DNA from: a candidate division FCPU426 bacterium
GTDB taxonomy: Bacteria; Oederibacteriota; PGYV01; Palsa-1178
Direction of reading: 5' to 3'
DNA: 64,000 bases
Assembly: GCA_963840035.1 (NCBI GenBank)
Contig: CAWIXE010000002.1
Span: 928,001-992,000, forward strand
The notes beneath the pieces are model-generated. The model did no database searches, had not been told where the DNA came from, and saw only the letters and a list, made by a program, of their open reading frames with translations. The position numbers and the translations under genes are program-made. Below, in pieces: positions 59,919 through 64,000 of the stretch. The first letter of the stretch is position 1; every line of letters starts with the position of its first letter.

Positions 59919-60701
59919 TTATTTGTTGTTAAAACCCATCGACTGCGAAATCTTCTCGGCAGTCGTCTTTACCTGTTCCCCGAATTCCTTTATCTTTTCC
60001 TCGTTCATCCTTAAGGCCGGCGAAGTTATGGCAATGCACGCTATAACCCTGCCTCGGTAATTACGGACAGGTGCGGCTACAGATATCAGGTCTATTGAGT
60101 ATTCCTGGTTATCTACGGCATAGCCCAGGGTCCTTGCCTGGTTTACGGATTCCTTAAGCTTGTCCATGTTGTCTATGGTGTAAGGCGTAAATGGCTCAAA
60201 CTTCAGGGTTTTAATGATGTCATTTACCCTGTCGTCAGGCAGCGCGGATATCCATACTTTGCCCGGCGCCGAACAATGCAGCGGCACCCTCTCGCCCACG
60301 TTTGACTTAACGCCTACGCGCTCGAGTGTCTCAAGCACATCCACGTAAAGCACTTTGAACTGGTCCACTATGGCAAGCTGTATAGTCTCGCCCGTGGTCC
60401 TCCATAGCTGGCGAAGGTATGCCATGGCGTGCTGGCGTATGTCAAGTTTTGATAACACCGCGTTGCCAAGTTCAAAAAGGCGCATGCCAAGCTTGTATTT
60501 TGATGTTTCAGCGTCCTGCTCCACGTATTTCCTGAGCATCAGCGTGGTTAAAAGCCTGTGCACGGTGGATTTGTGAAGTTTGAGTTCTTTCGAAAGGGTT
60601 GTCACACCCACGCCGGTCTTGTATTCGCTCAATGTTTCTATGATGTCCAGAGTCCTCTCGACCGACTGTACCGTAGTATCATAAACCTGTTTCCGCCTCA
60701 T
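59919..60701 (-). CDS. IclR family transcriptional regulator
   Basis: VQSVERTLDI, KSTVHRLL, PLHCSAPGK, GYAVDNQE. Confidence 0.95.
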   Translation of the reverse strand: MRRKQVYDTTVQSVERTLDIIETLSEYKTGVGVTTLSKELKLHKSTVHRLLTTLMLRKYVEQDAETSKYKLGMRLFELGNAVLSKLDIRQHAMAYLRQLWRTTGETIQLAIVDQFKVLYVDVLETLERVGVKSNVGERVPLHCSAPGKVWISALPDDRVNDIIKTLKFEPFTPYTIDNMDKLKESVNQARTLGYAVDNQEYSIDLISVAAPVRNYRGRVIACIAITSPALRMNEEKIKEFGEQVKTTAEKISQSMGFNNK

Positions 60702-60778
60702 TAAATATTACCTCCGTTTGTATGTTCCCTCTTATATTAGTATTAGTCATTAGTAATTGGTAATTTGTTTCAAGTGAA

Positions 60779-62720
60779 TTACTCAGTTTTACTCGCCTGT
60801 ATCCTCATGGTAACTCGCCTGTTTAACTTCCTGCCTTCAGGCGTGTCATTTGTCGCGATTGGCTGCGTGTCACCCTTGCCAACCGGGGTAAATATCTTTA
60901 TATCCATGTCGAAAAGCTCGGCAAAGAACTTTACAACAGCTTCGGCCCTTGCCTGCGAGAAGCGCCATGTTATCCGCGTAGTTCTTTGACCTTCTCAAAG
61001 GCTGGCTGTCAGTGTGCCCCTCGACTATTATCTTGGTGCTTCCGTTTGATTTTATCATGTCAGCTATCTTTTGCAGGTCCTTATATACGCTTATCTTAAC
61101 GTCAGCCTTGCCGATGTCAAAAAGCGTGTCCGCGGCCAGGTTTATGACTATCTCCCTTAATATGACTTTAGTCTGGACCGATTGCGACCTGCCCCAGTTT
61201 CCTACGGTATCCATGGCGTAGAAGGTATATGTATAAATTGATGAACTTTTTGTTTCCATCATGCCAAGGTCATCTTTGCCGTCCCACTGCACCGGATACG
61301 GCTCGCCTTTGCCGCTGAATGTCTTAAATGGTTTTCCATCCGGGCCTGTGATTATGATTTTCCAGGCGCCTATGCCGTGCAGGTCGCTGGCGTTTTCAGT
61401 AAATGTGACAGGCACGCTGACCGTCTGAACCGAGCCCGGTTTGCCTGATTTTGGGGACGCGTCTCCAAACACATTAGGAGGTGTATTATCAAGGGCAAAA
61501 GGCGCGAAGTTTGACGTTGACTTTACGCCGTTTCCGTAATCAACCATGAGGGCAGCGTAATAATTGCCGTCAGGCGAAGGCATACCCATGGTGTCATATC
61601 CGTTCCAGAAGAGCCTGTTAAAGGCCTTCACGCCGAATATCCTCACGGGCTTTTTATACGCGTCATAAATTGCCATGGACGCGTTCTTAACTTTATTCTT
61701 GGCCACAACTTCCGGAATGAAGAATACGAAATCATAAATCCTGTCGTTATTCGGGGAGAACACCCTGGGCTTTGCCGCGAGTTTTACCTCGGGCGAGCCA
61801 AACCTGTATGATGCCGTAATCCTGTGCGTCGTACCCAGGTCGTCTGTTGTGTACGGGACATAGGCGTAATCAAGCGAGAAACTTCCCAGGCTTAAGCCGC
61901 CGCCGGCCGTAAGCTGCTTTATGGTGCCGCCTTTATACCCTCCGCGCAGCGAAATTACATCCATGATGGTCACTCCGCCGCCGACAAAATAATTCAGATC
62001 ATTGTCATTTACGTACTCGGCGTCAGCTTCAACGCAGAAATAACGCCCCGAGTATCCGAGCCCGCCCCTGAAAGTCATAGGCTGCAGGAATGCTTCCTTT
62101 ATATAAGTTGTTCCGGGGCCTATGTTTTTTGCCACAAGTCCGACTGACAGGCCCTTAATGAATGAAATGTCATAAACAACACCAAGGTCGAGCATAAATG
62201 ATATGGCGCTGCCGTTTGCCGCTGACGGGTCTATGGAATAATTTAAAACCTTGGCGCTGGCGCCTATGAAGAAATTCTCGGAAAATTCTTTGGCGAAACT
62301 TACTACCCCCGCAAACGAACTGGGTTCCAATGATCCGACCACATCATATCCTCCGGGCGCGCCTGATACTATTGTTTTGTCCATCTTTGAAACAGTAAGG
62401 TAATTAATGGAAAACCCGAGGTTGCCGAAGGAAAACGGGAGCAAAAGCCCGACATTTTCATCCCTTACAGACTGGAACCATTCGACGTGGGTAAAATTGA
62501 ATTCACCGAGCATAGAGCGTCCAAGCCCCGCGGGATTATAGTAAATGGAATTTAAATCATCGCCAATAGCGGTATAAGCCTCGCCAAGCGCCGCGGGCTT
62601 AGCCGGCGCCAGTATCTTAAGGAAATTATTGGCTGTGCCGCCTATTTGCGTGGCGTCTGAAAAAAGAGAGGCTGTAAGTGTAAATACAAGCAAAATTAGA
62701 AAAACTGATACTTTACGCAC
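60779..62720 (-). CDS. PorV-like barrel, FlgD-Ig and OmpA fusion with a +1 frameshift near 60960
   Basis: FLKILAPAKPAALGEA..YYNPAGL, FSPNND, VEGHTDS. The OmpA motif NMALSQARAEAV...NRRV is restored by removing one base, giving a stop at 60779. Confidence 0.8.
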
Positions 62721-62995
62721 TTTACCCGCCTTATGTTGAACTTTTTAACGTTATGATGATATTTTGTCAAATACAGGCTGTTTTGTCAACGGAAATTTTT
62801 ATATGGAGAAAACCGGTTTCAAAAATCAGCAAAAAACGCTTATTTTCACGTTTTTATTGATGTTTAAGCGAATTGCAAGGTTTTTCACCGTAATTGCAAT
62901 TTCTCAATGCAATACAAAACTGCTGAATTATAAAATCAAAAACGGATGTTTTGATATTAGTCAAAACATCCGTTTCCATGATTATTTAAGTAAAC

Positions 62996-64000
62996 TTATT
63001 TTATCTGAGCAATCCATATCCTTGAAGCGCCGGGTGAAGGCATCCAGAAATCACTCCATGATATATAAGCAAGCACCTGTCCGTCATTTGACCAGGCCGG
63101 TGATTCTCCATAGAACTCGTACGGCAGAAGCGTCCACTTTTCCGCTCCGATGGCGTGTACGACTTTTACGTTTGTGACCGGGTTTATGAAATACGGAGCC
63201 TGATATGTCTCGTCAAAAGCCATTCTCTTTCCCTCGTTATCCCATGTCAGGTGATTGATGCTTCCTAAGGCAGTGTAAAGGTACATCGGCTGGGTTGCGT
63301 CGCTGTTTACAACCCATAATTCCTCCATATTAATTGTCCTGTCATACCACATGGATGGAATTTCCTTCTTCTTTACTATGAAAGCAACGCGCTCAGAATT
63401 AGGCGCCCATTCTATCTCCGTAATCGCGTGCTTTCCGGTGTACATCCTGGTCTTCAAGTCGCCATTCTTATCAAGCCGCCACAGCGCGCTTTCCTTTTTG
63501 TAATTAGCCCCGGTGACGACGTACTTGCCGTCATATGACCACTTTGGCTGTGCGAGCGTCTCGCATGTTTCCTGGAATATTTTTTTGTTCTTCTTTCCAT
63601 TGGGGTTTATGGTGAATATTTTCCAGATGTTGCCTGAATCAGTGAACTCCAGGGTTACCTGCTTCCTGCCGGCTGTCAGCCAGAATTTCGACGGTGTGAG
63701 CGTCTCCCTTGAGAGGTCTTTCTGGTTGGTTGTATTCGCGTTCATAATGACGAACTTGCCTTTTTTTACATATATGACCTTTGATTCGTCCGAGTTCCAA
63801 AGCGGAAAAAGGTCTTTATCTTTCTTGCGTGTGACATCCAGCGGCCTGGCGTTCTTGCCGTCTATGTCAGCAATCTTTAAATATGTATAACTGTCTGTCT
63901 TGGTGACATACAGAAGCTTATCACCCGCAGGCGACCATAACGGCATCAGCTTGCTCTCGCCTTTCGTGATCTGGTCTATGGACTGCTCCACAGTATCGGA
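62996..64000 (-). CDS. TolB-like beta-propeller protein, runs off the window end
   Basis: Repeated PxWSxDG blades (PLWSPAG, PKWSYDG, PAWSNDG). Confidence 0.8.
   Translation of the reverse strand, partial: SDTVEQSIDQITKGESKLMPLWSPAGDKLLYVTKTDSYTYLKIADIDGKNARPLDVTRKKDKDLFPLWNSDESKVIYVKKGKFVIMNANTTNQKDLSRETLTPSKFWLTAGRKQVTLEFTDSGNIWKIFTINPNGKKNKKIFQETCETLAQPKWSYDGKYVVTGANYKKESALWRLDKNGDLKTRMYTGKHAITEIEWAPNSERVAFIVKKKEIPSMWYDRTINMEELWVVNSDATQPMYLYTALGSINHLTWDNEGKRMAFDETYQAPYFINPVTNVKVVHAIGAEKWTLLPYEFYGESPAWSNDGQVLAYISWSDFWMPSPGASRIWIAQIK

Overview
Bacterial window with two parts. The accessory region (about 1-38 kb) holds mostly minus-strand, unrelated genes: an Nmad3 plus PD-(D/E)xK nuclease pair, an ion channel, TPR proteins, an MNT-HEPN toxin-antitoxin pair, an intact IS30 element, about ten lipoproteins (most with Thr-rich stalks) carrying variable heads, a GH16 and a sod-pirin-ferritin cluster. 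These genes are interleaved with several REP/REPIN-like palindrome families, including a 4 x 209 bp tandem array. The core-like region (about 38-64 kb) holds PorV-like and T9SS-CTD-like proteins, O-antigen-ligase/TPR and DUF2723 glycosyltransferases, recN-dxs-DUF212-ispA-xseB-xseA-galT-yajC-tgt, a GH5 and an IclR regulator. The most striking unexplained structure is ten same-orientation copies of a conserved repeat between 1.85 and 18.2 kb (core GTCAATTGTCAAGGCACGGTGTTGG on the minus strand), most lying just upstream of a different cargo gene like cassette boundaries. One copy is continuous with the 3' end of a truncated RAYT-like transposase gene, and two extend into decayed tRNA fragments. 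No integron integrase, attC-type palindromes, CRISPR array or reverse transcriptase is visible. All family assignments come from motif recognition by eye, not database searches.
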